A stretch of 64,000 nt of DNA from an uncultured bacterium (GTDB lineage: Bacteria; Hydrothermota; UBA3073; NMUJ01; CBEVQO01), in NCBI GenBank assembly GCA_965552055.1, contig CBEVQO010000003.1, positions 160,001-224,000 of the forward strand. Reading direction: 5' to 3'. Within the stretch, counting starts at the first letter, position 1; each line of letters starts with the position of its first letter. Position numbers and translations under genes: made by a program. Shown here piece by piece: positions 50,137-59,831 of the stretch. The notes beneath the pieces were generated by a model, which saw only the letters and a list, made by a program, of their open reading frames with translations, was not told the origin of the DNA and made no database searches.

Positions 50137-50788
50137 TGTTGAGAGTAAAGAAAAAGCATTAGAACTTGTTGATGTTATAGGTGGGGAATGTGATTTTTAT
50201 AAAATAGGTCCAAAGCTTTTTTGCAGATATGGTATTGATATAGTGCGAGAATTAAAAAAGAGAGGAAAAAAGATTTTTCTTGATTTAAAGTTACATGATA
50301 TTCCAAAAGTTGTTTCAGATACTGTTAAATTTTTTGAAGAAGAAGGTGTTGACCTTTTGACTTTACATTGTGCAGGTGGTATTGATATGCTGACATCTGC
50401 GAGATACGGTAGAGAAGGGGACTTGCCGCTTCTATTTGGGGTTACTGTTTTATCTTCTCTTACCGATGATTTTATCGAAGAGATGTTTGCACGCCCTCCT
50501 TCTGATGCTGTTTTTTACTTCGCTGATATGGCGAAAAAGGCAGGTCTGGATGGTATCGTAGTGCCACCTTTTTCTTTAAAAGCACTTTCTGAGAGTTATA
50601 AAGGAAAGTTATTACTTTTAAGCGCGGGTATACGGCTGGATAAACGCAAAGACGACCATGCTACTGTTCTTACTCCTTCAGAAGCCCGCCATTGCGGTGC
50701 AGATTTCATCGTGGTTGGCCGACCCATTTATCAGGCAAACAACCCTAAAGAGGTAGTTAAAAAAATAATAAAAGAATTAAGGAGGTGA
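50111..50788 (+). CDS. pyrF: Orotidine-5'-phosphate decarboxylase
   Basis: IALD, DLKLHDIP, VTVLSS, VVGRPI. Confidence 0.96.
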   Translation: MTRLIIALDVESKEKALELVDVIGGECDFYKIGPKLFCRYGIDIVRELKKRGKKIFLDLKLHDIPKVVSDTVKFFEEEGVDLLTLHCAGGIDMLTSARYGREGDLPLLFGVTVLSSLTDDFIEEMFARPPSDAVFYFADMAKKAGLDGIVVPPFSLKALSESYKGKLLLLSAGIRLDKRKDDHATVLTPSEARHCGADFIVVGRPIYQANNPKEVVKKIIKELRR

Positions 50789-50789
50789 T

Positions 50790-51719
50790 ATGGCAAAATT
50801 AAAAACAGAAGAGAAAGTATATAATAATTTCAGAGTTTATCTTGTATATGATGAGGAACACGATGTTTACGGTGTTGTTATGTCTGGTTCTTTTGATACA
50901 GAGCCTGCCCATGATTTTCGCAAGTACTTACAGGACAACCTGTTTAAGCAGAGGCATAATTATATCGTGGATACCGAGTTGCTCGAATATATAAGTTCTA
51001 CAGGTATAAGTGTTCTTGCCAGTTTTGACAGCAATAAGCGCCTTTTTGCATTTTTCTCGGAATTCAATGATTATATAAAAAGACCATGCAAACTTATAGG
51101 GCTTGATAGATTTTTGAAGTTCTATAAGAATCTGGATGAATTGAAGGATAAAGTATCTTCTGAATTTCTTGATGAGATAAAAGAGTTTAAACATTTTGCT
51201 ATTGTAAAAGCACCTCGTGAGCGCTGGGTTAAGATTTTACTTTCTTATGTTCCAAAGGAAAAAGCAGTTACTGCTATTCGTGAAATGACACCGATAATAA
51301 TGCAGGTAGAAAGGGCAAAATCTTTGTCACTGCCAAGTGATGAAAAATATGCAGCATGTCTTTACAAATTTATGGAAAGGGTTTTGTATAAAGAAGCAAA
51401 AGTTCCAAAAGAAAAGATACCAGAAGATGACCTTGAATTTGCAGCAAAAGAAATTTTTACAAATGCTTGCAGACATGGTTATAAATATTCAAAAGATGGT
51501 ATCATTGATGTTGAATATTCTTTAAAAGAAGATGAAGTTGTAATTGATGTAATTGATTATGGTACAGGGATAAAAGGCGTTCCTATGGGTGGCAAAGGCA
51601 TTCCAATGCTTCGCAAAATATTTGATGCAGTATTTTTAACCCCTGCTCCAAAAAGGGAACACAAAGGTATAACTCTGGGTGAAGGCACTAAGGTTCGCCT
51701 CGTTAAATTCTTAAAATGA
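50790..51719 (+). CDS. STAS (anti-anti-sigma) domain fused to RsbW-like HATPase (anti-sigma kinase) domain
   Basis: LEYISSTGISVL, LIGLD; then EIFTNACRHG (N box), DYGTG, GKG, GTKV. Confidence 0.75.
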   Translation: MAKLKTEEKVYNNFRVYLVYDEEHDVYGVVMSGSFDTEPAHDFRKYLQDNLFKQRHNYIVDTELLEYISSTGISVLASFDSNKRLFAFFSEFNDYIKRPCKLIGLDRFLKFYKNLDELKDKVSSEFLDEIKEFKHFAIVKAPRERWVKILLSYVPKEKAVTAIREMTPIIMQVERAKSLSLPSDEKYAACLYKFMERVLYKEAKVPKEKIPEDDLEFAAKEIFTNACRHGYKYSKDGIIDVEYSLKEDEVVIDVIDYGTGIKGVPMGGKGIPMLRKIFDAVFLTPAPKREHKGITLGEGTKVRLVKFLK

Positions 51720-52534
51720 TTTTTTTGTTTTTATTGAACATTCATCAAATTGTAAAAGGCGACCTTTTAAAGATTTCAGTATGGGGGGTAGAAGAACTTA
51801 CTGGAGTAGAAGTTCGTGTTGATGAAGATGGTTATATCGCTTTTCCATGGACAAAGAGGATAAAAGCAGAAGGTTTAACCCTTACCCAGTTAGAAGATAC
51901 TCTTGAGAAACATTTGTCGCGGTATATCAAAAATTGCAGTGTATCTATTTTGCTGGTTGAATCTTCCATTAATAAAGTTTATGTATATGGTGAAGTCAAA
52001 AATCCGGGTATCTATCGCATAGAACCCGGGATGACACTGCTTGATGCTTTGACGCTCGCAGGAGGTTTAACTCCATCTGCAGACCTTTCTAATATAAAAA
52101 TCATACGAAAAGGAAAAGAAATACTTTGTGATATAAGAAATCCTAACATTTCAGAATTTGTACTAAGACCTTCGGATATTATAAAAGTTGGTAAGTTAAA
52201 TCCAATACTTATTTTTGGTGATGTGGAAAAATCCGGGGAATATTATTACGATAAGATAAAAATTTTTGAACTTCTTGCGATAGCAAAAGTGAAAACTGGT
52301 AAAATAAAAAAAATTGAAATTCTGACAGAAAATAATCGGAAAATAAAATTTGATAGAAGAAAGCTCGAAAAAGGTGCTTTGAGGTACACTTTAAAGCCCG
52401 GCGATATTGTTTATGTTGAAGTTTGTAAAAAGAGAAAACTTACAGATGTAGCGCGTGACTTTGCTATAATTTTATCACCGGTTTTAACAGTTATCATAAT
52501 TTTAAATGGATTAAAAAATCTTGGCTGGTTATGA
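51716..52534 (+). CDS. Polysaccharide export (Wza-like) / SLBB domain protein
   Basis: GDLLKISVWG, VDEDGYI.FP, VYGEVKNPG, AGGLT..ADL. Confidence 0.85.
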   Translation: MIFLFLLNIHQIVKGDLLKISVWGVEELTGVEVRVDEDGYIAFPWTKRIKAEGLTLTQLEDTLEKHLSRYIKNCSVSILLVESSINKVYVYGEVKNPGIYRIEPGMTLLDALTLAGGLTPSADLSNIKIIRKGKEILCDIRNPNISEFVLRPSDIIKVGKLNPILIFGDVEKSGEYYYDKIKIFELLAIAKVKTGKIKKIEILTENNRKIKFDRRKLEKGALRYTLKPGDIVYVEVCKKRKLTDVARDFAIILSPVLTVIIILNGLKNLGWL

Positions 52535-53370
52535 TACATGAACCAGCATTTACTAAAGAAATACTTGAATTTTTATCACCTCTGGATAATAAAGTTATAA
52601 TCGATTGTACATTAGGCACAGGAGGGCATACTTTAGCTATAGTTGAAGCATCCCAAAATGTAAGAGTTTATGCGATTGACCTTGACCCTGAATCCATTGC
52701 TTTTGCCAAGAAAAGATTATCCAAATATAAAGACAGGATTGAGTTTTTAAACATAAATTTTGCAGAAGTCGATGAATTTATAGAAGAAAAAGTTGATGGT
52801 GTGATAATGGATTTAGGGATATCTTCATTTCAGCTTGATAATCCTGAGCGTGGTTTCAGCTATCAGCTGTCAGGTCCGCTTGATATGCGTTTTAACCGCT
52901 TTACTGGGCGTCCACTATCCGAAAGATTGAAAAAATTATCAGAATGGAGAATAGGCGAAATTTTAAAAGAATACGGCGAAGAACCTCTTGCCCGTAAAAT
53001 AGGAAGAGAAATAGCACTGAGAAAACCAGAAACTACTGAAGAATTAAGAGAAATTGTAGAGAAAGCAACAAGAGGATATTTTACAGATAAAACTTTAAAA
53101 AGAGTATTTCAAGCATTCCGTATTTTTATAAATCAGGAACTTGACAATCTTGAAGAGGCATTACCTATTCTTACCGAGAAATTGAAAACAGGCGGTAGAA
53201 TTTGTGTAATATCTTATCACTCGCTCGAAGACCGCATCGTAAAGAATTTCTTTAAAAATTGCGACAAACTAAAAGTCCTGACAAAAAAACCAATGGAACC
53301 TGCAGAAGAAGATATTAATAAAAACAAAAGAATAAGAACAGCAAAATTAAGAGTGGCAGAAAAGATATGA
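52531..53370 (+). CDS. rsmH: 16S rRNA m4C1402 methyltransferase
   Basis: DCTLGTGGH, DLGISSFQLD, FQAFRI.IN.EL, ISYHSLEDRIVK. Confidence 0.96.
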   Translation: MIHEPAFTKEILEFLSPLDNKVIIDCTLGTGGHTLAIVEASQNVRVYAIDLDPESIAFAKKRLSKYKDRIEFLNINFAEVDEFIEEKVDGVIMDLGISSFQLDNPERGFSYQLSGPLDMRFNRFTGRPLSERLKKLSEWRIGEILKEYGEEPLARKIGREIALRKPETTEELREIVEKATRGYFTDKTLKRVFQAFRIFINQELDNLEEALPILTEKLKTGGRICVISYHSLEDRIVKNFFKNCDKLKVLTKKPMEPAEEDINKNKRIRTAKLRVAEKI

Positions 53371-53582
53371 AATTTATTTTTTATGTCATTTCAATAATTT
53401 TGATTGCTTTGATTTATCTTTTTGAATATTCGTTGATGATGAAATTGATGTTAAAGGCAAATAAACTCGAAAAAGAATACAGGAGGAAATTAGAAGAAGT
53501 AAAGACTTTAAGGGTGGAATTCCATAAGTTATGTTCTTACCGTGGTATAATGGAATTATCAAAAAATGTATTTAAAGATTAG
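53367..53582 (+). CDS. Probable cell division protein FtsL
   Basis: Single TM plus coiled coil between rsmH and the PBP gene. Confidence 0.6.
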   Translation: MKFIFYVISIILIALIYLFEYSLMMKLMLKANKLEKEYRRKLEEVKTLRVEFHKLCSYRGIMELSKNVFKD

Positions 53583-54987
53583 GATATTTGGAGTATTTTT
53601 GATTTTAATATTTTTGGGATTGCTTTCCCGTGTTTTTTATTTGCAGATAATAAAATATAAGAAATGTGCGAGTGAGATTGAAAATCTTGTAGAGTGTTTT
53701 AGGATTTTGTATCCCGAAAGGGGCACGATTTATGACCGCAATGGTAAAATACTTGCGACAAATGTAAAGGGCAAAAGGATATATCCTCTTTCTGTATGCA
53801 GGGAATTGATAGGTTTTGTTTCGGTTGATGGCAGTGGACTTGGTGGAATTGAATATGAATTTGACAAAATATTGAGAGGCAAAAAAGGGATTATGGAGCT
53901 TGGCAGGACGCCTACAGGCAGGATATATCCTCATCCACAATATTCTATAAAACCTGCGATCGATGGGAAAGATATAATTTTAACAATAGATGCGGATATT
54001 CAGCAAATAATAGAGGAAGCACTTGAAGATGCAGTAAAGGCACAAAGAGCAAAAAGCGGTTCTGTAATTGTTCTAAATCCGAAAACAGGAGAAATACTCG
54101 GAATAGCAACATATCCCCACAATGTTGAGAGATTAAGACCTGTTACTGACCTTTTTGAACCAGGTTCTACTTTTAAAATCGCTACAATGCTCGCAGTATT
54201 GAAGGATAACAAAATAAAGCCACAGGATATAGTAGATGATAAAGGGGAGATAAAAGTAGGAGACATTGAGATAAAAGATTTAGAGAAACATGGTCCGATA
54301 ACATTTGCCGAAGCTGTCTGGATATCGAGCAATGTTGGTTTTGTTAAGATGGCGAGACTTGTTGGTAAAAGGCGTCTTTATGAGGAAGCAAGGCTCCTGG
54401 GTTTTGGAGCAAAGACAGGGATTAAATTGCCGGCAGAAGGAAAAGGTTGGTTACCGCCCTATACCCGCTGGACCGACGCAGATTTCGCATGTATCGCTTT
54501 CGGACAGGGAATAAGCTGTACATTGCTTCAACTTGCAATGGCATATCAAGCAATAGCGAACAAAGGAATATTATTGAAACCAAGGATTGTACTTGAGATA
54601 AGAAAAGGGAATAAGGTTTATTATAGCAGTAAAGTCGAAAAAGTAAGGCGTGTTTGTAGCGAAGAGGTAGCAAAGGAATTGACACAATTGTTAATAGGAG
54701 TTGTGGAATATGGCACGGGTAAATTGACAAAGATGAAAGGCATAAAAATTGCGGGTAAAACAGGAACAGCGCAGAAATTTATAAAAGGGAAATATTCCGA
54801 AGATAAAAATATATCAACATTTGTAGGTTTCTTACCGGCTGACGACCCACAGATACTCGTAGCATGCATGCTTGATGAACCAAGATATGGATTAAGTAGC
54901 GAAGTGTGTGTGCCACTTTTCAGGAAAATAGTTAAAAGAATAATCAAATTGAAAGATTATGAGATTAAATCAATTGCTCAAAAATAG
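53566..54987 (+). CDS. ftsI: Class B penicillin-binding protein (FtsI), compact
   Basis: RGTIYDRNG, EPGSTFK, SSN, GKTGTAQ; dcw position. Confidence 0.9.
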   Translation: MYLKIRIFGVFLILIFLGLLSRVFYLQIIKYKKCASEIENLVECFRILYPERGTIYDRNGKILATNVKGKRIYPLSVCRELIGFVSVDGSGLGGIEYEFDKILRGKKGIMELGRTPTGRIYPHPQYSIKPAIDGKDIILTIDADIQQIIEEALEDAVKAQRAKSGSVIVLNPKTGEILGIATYPHNVERLRPVTDLFEPGSTFKIATMLAVLKDNKIKPQDIVDDKGEIKVGDIEIKDLEKHGPITFAEAVWISSNVGFVKMARLVGKRRLYEEARLLGFGAKTGIKLPAEGKGWLPPYTRWTDADFACIAFGQGISCTLLQLAMAYQAIANKGILLKPRIVLEIRKGNKVYYSSKVEKVRRVCSEEVAKELTQLLIGVVEYGTGKLTKMKGIKIAGKTGTAQKFIKGKYSEDKNISTFVGFLPADDPQILVACMLDEPRYGLSSEVCVPLFRKIVKRIIKLKDYEIKSIAQK

Positions 54988-56374
54988 CGGTTTAAGATAC
55001 AGGCTTAAAAATTTTAAGGATTTTGATGTTAAAGGCATTGCTTATGATTCAAGAGATGTTCAAAAGGATTTTTTGTTTGTTGCAAAGACACCCGAATATG
55101 TTGAAGATGCGATAAAAAGAAGTGCAAAGGCAATAGTTACAGATAGGGAGTTGCCCTATAAAATTACACAGATAATTGCGGGAAATCCAAGAAGATTTTT
55201 ATCAAGGATTTCAAAGATTTATTATAATAGACCCGATGAGAAAATAAAAGTAATAGGAATTACAGGAACGAATGGTAAAACGACTACATCTTTTTTGATA
55301 AAGTCAATATTTGATTCAGCGGGATACAAAACAGGGCTTATCGGCACGATTGAGTATTTGATAGGCGATAAAAAGATTGAAGAAGGGTTAACCACGCCAG
55401 AATCTCTCGATATTTACAGGATTATGGATAAAATGGTGAAAGAAAAAGTCGATGTATGTATTATGGAAGTATCATCACATGGACTATCACAATGTAGGGT
55501 TGAAGATGTTGATTTTGATGTAGCAGTGCTTACAGAAATTGGAAGAGACCATCTTGATTATCACAAAACTTTTAGAAATTATTTGTATGCCAAAGCAAAA
55601 TTATTTAAACTGCTTAAAGAAGGAAAATTAGCCGTGTTAAATAAAGATTGCGAATATTTTGATTTCTTTAAAAAGTTTGTTAAATCAAAATTAATTACCT
55701 ATGGTAGAGATGGCGATGTAAGGGGAAAAATCATAGAGATGAAGCTAAACGGGATGAAAGTAGAGATTGAATTTAAAAAGGAGAAATATAGTTTTGATGT
55801 GAATTTAACGGGTGATTATAATCTTTATAACATTATGGCGAGTTTTTGTGTAGGAGCAGGTTTAAATATTTCGATTGACAAAGTGATAGAAGGAATAAGG
55901 AGTTTAAAAGGTGTAAGAGGCAGATTTGAAGTTATTGGGAATGTTGTCATAGATTTTGCGCATACGCCGGATGCTCTTTTCAATTTTTTAAGTGCTTTAC
56001 GGAAATTGAATAAGGGAAAACTTGTATGTGTTTTTGGTGCAGGTGGGGAGCGTGACCCCAGAAAGCGTCCCTTGATGGGTAAGGTAGCGGAAGAAATCGC
56101 AGATTTTGTGATTGTAACATCAGATAATCCAAGAAGAGAAGACCCAAGAAAAATAATCAAGGATATTTTGAAAGGGATGAAAAAGGAAAATCATAAAGTG
56201 ATAGAAGATAGAAGAGAAGCGATAGAATATGCTATTAAAATGGCAGGAAAAGAAGATATTGTAGCAATATGTGGAAAGGGACATGAACAGTATCAAATCA
56301 TAGGCGATAAAAAAATATTTTTCGACGAAAGAAAAATCGTTAAAAGTTTGTTAAAAAGGAGGGGTTATGGTTAA
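54959..56374 (+). CDS. murE: UDP-MurNAc-tripeptide ligase (meso-DAP)
   Basis: GTNGKTT, EVSSH, DHLDYH, DFAHTPD, DNPR, GKGHE. Confidence 0.96.
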   Translation: MRLNQLLKNSGLRYRLKNFKDFDVKGIAYDSRDVQKDFLFVAKTPEYVEDAIKRSAKAIVTDRELPYKITQIIAGNPRRFLSRISKIYYNRPDEKIKVIGITGTNGKTTTSFLIKSIFDSAGYKTGLIGTIEYLIGDKKIEEGLTTPESLDIYRIMDKMVKEKVDVCIMEVSSHGLSQCRVEDVDFDVAVLTEIGRDHLDYHKTFRNYLYAKAKLFKLLKEGKLAVLNKDCEYFDFFKKFVKSKLITYGRDGDVRGKIIEMKLNGMKVEIEFKKEKYSFDVNLTGDYNLYNIMASFCVGAGLNISIDKVIEGIRSLKGVRGRFEVIGNVVIDFAHTPDALFNFLSALRKLNKGKLVCVFGAGGERDPRKRPLMGKVAEEIADFVIVTSDNPRREDPRKIIKDILKGMKKENHKVIEDRREAIEYAIKMAGKEDIVAICGKGHEQYQIIGDKKIFFDERKIVKSLLKRRGYG

Positions 56375-57416
56375 GTTTTCAAAAGTTATTTTAATATTTT
56401 TGATAGCGGGTTGTGTTCATGTTGATATGCTGTTCGATAAAATCGTGAGAAGCGTTACAAATATCGGTGAGTGTTATGACATGGCATTTGGTATAACATC
56501 GGGCAATGTGAAAGGCGACACCACACAATATGTTTATGTTGGAGATGAATCGGGATATCTTTATGAGTTTAAATGGGATGGTAAAAAATGGGAAAAGAGT
56601 GTTTTAATGTGTGCAGAAGGCGGTATTGTTGAACTCAAGATATTCTCACTTCGTAATAAAGCTTGTCTTTATGCTGGGAGTTATGATGGAAATGTTTATG
56701 AATTTGAGTGGGATAATGGCTGGAAAAAATCAATTGTGCTATCGACATATGGAGTAATCTGGGGGTTAGAAATAGGTAATGCAAGGGGTGATGGCAAGAT
56801 GCGACTTTATGCGATTTCATCTGAAGGTATTATTTATGAAATTGAGTGGAACGGAGCTTACTGGCAGGCGGATACCGTAGGGACACAATATTACTCTATA
56901 TGGGGGCTGACACTGGGCGATGCAAGAGGTGATGGCAAATCCCGTCTTTATACGGTAAATAGCATGGGTGAAATTTATGAATATGAGTGGAATGGAACAG
57001 AATGGATAGGGAATGAAATAGGGTATGTGGCATGGGATGGCGAGCGAATCTGCATTGCAGATAGGGGCGATGGTAAGCCACGCATCTATGTAGCTGGTTA
57101 TTACGGATTATATGAGTTTGAATGGAACACAACAGGCTGGAGTAAAACTTATATTAAAAAAATAAGCGACGCAAATGATGTCATTGCTATGAATATAGGT
57201 GGAGAAAATGCTTTATTGGTTTCAGATTCACAGGGTTTACTGCATTTGCTGAAATACGATGGCGAATGGAATGTCGAGGATATTGAAATAAGCGATAGAA
57301 GTGTAAAAAGATTAACTGCAACGGGACAAAAAATCTTTGCTTCTTGTTTCGATTACTGTGTATATGAGATAATATTCAAAGATATTCATCAGGAAATCGA
57401 AGTCGCGGGAAAATGA
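56367..57416 (+). CDS. Putative lipoprotein with beta-propeller / FG-GAP-like repeats
   Basis: Lipobox IAGC; repeated G(D/N)ARGDGK..LY and YE(F/I/Y)xWxG units. Confidence 0.7.
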   Translation: MVKFSKVILIFLIAGCVHVDMLFDKIVRSVTNIGECYDMAFGITSGNVKGDTTQYVYVGDESGYLYEFKWDGKKWEKSVLMCAEGGIVELKIFSLRNKACLYAGSYDGNVYEFEWDNGWKKSIVLSTYGVIWGLEIGNARGDGKMRLYAISSEGIIYEIEWNGAYWQADTVGTQYYSIWGLTLGDARGDGKSRLYTVNSMGEIYEYEWNGTEWIGNEIGYVAWDGERICIADRGDGKPRIYVAGYYGLYEFEWNTTGWSKTYIKKISDANDVIAMNIGGENALLVSDSQGLLHLLKYDGEWNVEDIEISDRSVKRLTATGQKIFASCFDYCVYEIIFKDIHQEIEVAGK

Positions 57417-58708
57417 ATTTGAATCCCAAAAAACTGGCGAAAATAATAAATGGCAGACCTTATAAATTGAAGTCAAAAGTTATAAAAGGCTTTTCGATAG
57501 ATTCGCGCACAATAAAAGAAGGCGAAGTTTTTATCGCAATAAAAGGAGAAAAATTCGATGGTCATCAATTTGTCGAAGAAGCTCAAAAAAAGAGTAAAAC
57601 TTTTGCAATTTGTGAAAGGCCCGTAAAAAAAGATATAATTTTGGTAAAAGATACAAAGGAAGCTTTAAAAAGGATAGCAAAATATTTACGAGAATTAAAA
57701 AGGACGCGATTTATAGCGATAACAGGGTCAAATGGAAAAACAACAACAAAAGAAATGGTGTATCAAATTTTAAGCACTCATTACGATGTCACAAAGAGCA
57801 TAAAAAGTTACAACAATTTGTTTGGTGTCGCACTTACTATTTTTAATCTTAAGGATGAAGAGATTTGCGTATGTGAACTTGGTATGAATCACAGGGGAGA
57901 AATTGACGAGCTTGCACGGATTGTTCAACCAGAGACAGGTATTGTTTTAAATGTCGCACCTGCGCATATCGGATTTTTTAAAAATATAGATGAAATTGCA
58001 GAAGCCAAAAAAGAATTAATTAAATATCCGCAGAAATTGATATTAAATGCAGATGATGAAAAAATCAAGGATTGGAAAACAGAAAAAGAAACAATTTGGT
58101 TTGGCATAAAATCGGGCGATGTTAGAGCAAGAAACATTGAAGTGTCAGAAAATGGCACAGATTTTATTTGTGAGGGAGTTGATTTCCATCTCAATTTTAT
58201 AGGCATTCATCATGTTTATAATGCACTTGCTGCTATCTGTGCAGGCAGGCTTTATGGAATAGGTATGCATACGATGTCAGATGCATTAAGAAAAGTGAAT
58301 CCATCGGAAGGGAGAGGTAAAGTTTTTGAAAAAAGAGGAATTAAAATTTATGACAGTTCATATAATGCAAATCCAAAATCTATGGAATGTGAACTTGAAG
58401 CATTTTCTTTTCTTTCCGGGAAAAGAAAAATAGCGGTATTGGGCGATATGTTAGAGCTGGGAGAAAAAGCACGCGATTTCCACATAGAGATTGGTAGAAA
58501 ACTGGAAAAATACGGCATAAATTATTTAATAGCATACGGAGATTTAGCAAAATATTATCTCGAAGATGTAAAAATTCCTTCTTATTATTTCAGCTCGAAA
58601 GAAGAATTGACACAATTTTTGCGTAAATTTGTTGAAGAGGGTGATGCTGTGTTCTTTAAAGCATCGAGAAAAATAGGGTTGGATGAGGTTATAAACGAGG
58701 TGTTTTGA
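57413..58708 (+). CDS. murF: UDP-MurNAc-pentapeptide ligase
   Basis: DSR, TGSNGKTTTKE, ELGMNHRGEI, YNANP, LGDMLELG, KASR. Confidence 0.96.
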   Translation: MNLNPKKLAKIINGRPYKLKSKVIKGFSIDSRTIKEGEVFIAIKGEKFDGHQFVEEAQKKSKTFAICERPVKKDIILVKDTKEALKRIAKYLRELKRTRFIAITGSNGKTTTKEMVYQILSTHYDVTKSIKSYNNLFGVALTIFNLKDEEICVCELGMNHRGEIDELARIVQPETGIVLNVAPAHIGFFKNIDEIAEAKKELIKYPQKLILNADDEKIKDWKTEKETIWFGIKSGDVRARNIEVSENGTDFICEGVDFHLNFIGIHHVYNALAAICAGRLYGIGMHTMSDALRKVNPSEGRGKVFEKRGIKIYDSSYNANPKSMECELEAFSFLSGKRKIAVLGDMLELGEKARDFHIEIGRKLEKYGINYLIAYGDLAKYYLEDVKIPSYYFSSKEELTQFLRKFVEEGDAVFFKASRKIGLDEVINEVF

Positions 58709-59781
58709 TGCTTTACCATTTTCTTTATCCATTAAAAGAAATATGGTTTCCGTTTAATGTTTTTCGCTACATTACATTCAGGACAGCGGGTGCAGGTGTT
58801 ACATCTGCATTTATTTTTTTTCTGTTAGCACCACGCTTTATAAAATTTATTGAGAAAAAAGGATTTTATGCAAATCCACGGGACCCTGCACTTAAAGATA
58901 CCACTCCAAAATTAACATTGGGAGGTGTGTTGATATTATTTTCGGTTCTTATATCTACGATTTTATGGGCAGACATTACAAAAGGCATAGTTTTACTTGC
59001 ACTTTCTACGACACTTGGAATGGGATTGATAGGACTTTTTGATGATTTTATGAAAATAAAACTGGGTGACGGTGTAAAAGCACGCTGGAAATTGCTCTAT
59101 CAGGCGATAATAGCGGGGATTGTCAGTTTTTTTCTGTTAAGAATATGGAAAAATTTTGAATTCGCAACATCGACAAATATTTTGTTTTTTAAAGAAGTAT
59201 TGTTAAAATTTGGAATTTTGTATCCTCTCTTTGTGGTCATTGTTTTACTTTCTACCGTGAACTCTGCTAATTTAGCGGATGGGCTTGATGGATTGGCTGC
59301 GGGTTTGTCACTCGAAGCTGCTGTAGCTTATGCTATTCTCGCTTATATTGCAGGTAATATAAAAGCCAGCAGTTATCTTGGTGTTATTTATGTTCCGGGT
59401 TGTGGTGAGATAACGGTATTTCTATCATCGGTTGCAGGAGCATTACTCGGGTTCTTATGGTATAATTTTTATCCCGCAAGGATAATAATGGGGGATGTGG
59501 GGGCAATGGGGGTTGGGGGAGCAATCGGAATATCTGCAATATTAACAAAGCAGGAGATACTTTTGATAATAGTTGGAGGTGTTTTTGTGCTCGAAGCTTT
59601 ATCTGTAATTTTACAGGTTATGTATTTCAAAATAACTGGCGGAAAAAGAATATTCAGAATGACACCTCTACACCATCACTATCAGTTAAAGGGTGACAAA
59701 GAGCCACAGATCGTTGTGAGATTCTGGATTCTTGGATTGATTTTCATGCTTTTTGCACTTTCCACCCTTAAATTGCGTTAA
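58708..59781 (+). CDS. mraY: Phospho-N-acetylmuramoyl-pentapeptide transferase
   Basis: FRYITFR, DD, NLADGLDGL, MGDVG, PLHHH. Confidence 0.97.
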   Translation: MLYHFLYPLKEIWFPFNVFRYITFRTAGAGVTSAFIFFLLAPRFIKFIEKKGFYANPRDPALKDTTPKLTLGGVLILFSVLISTILWADITKGIVLLALSTTLGMGLIGLFDDFMKIKLGDGVKARWKLLYQAIIAGIVSFFLLRIWKNFEFATSTNILFFKEVLLKFGILYPLFVVIVLLSTVNSANLADGLDGLAAGLSLEAAVAYAILAYIAGNIKASSYLGVIYVPGCGEITVFLSSVAGALLGFLWYNFYPARIIMGDVGAMGVGGAIGISAILTKQEILLIIVGGVFVLEALSVILQVMYFKITGGKRIFRMTPLHHHYQLKGDKEPQIVVRFWILGLIFMLFALSTLKLR

Positions 59782-59796
59782 CAAACCAAAAAATCA

Positions 59797-59824
59797 TTGA
59801 CAATTTCGAAAGATGAATTATATT
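59797..59824 (+). promoter_or_regulatory. Putative internal promoter TTGACA-N16-TATATT (murD)
   Basis: ATG 59832 lies 7 nt after the -10 box. Confidence 0.55.
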
Positions 59825-59831
59825 GAGGTGC

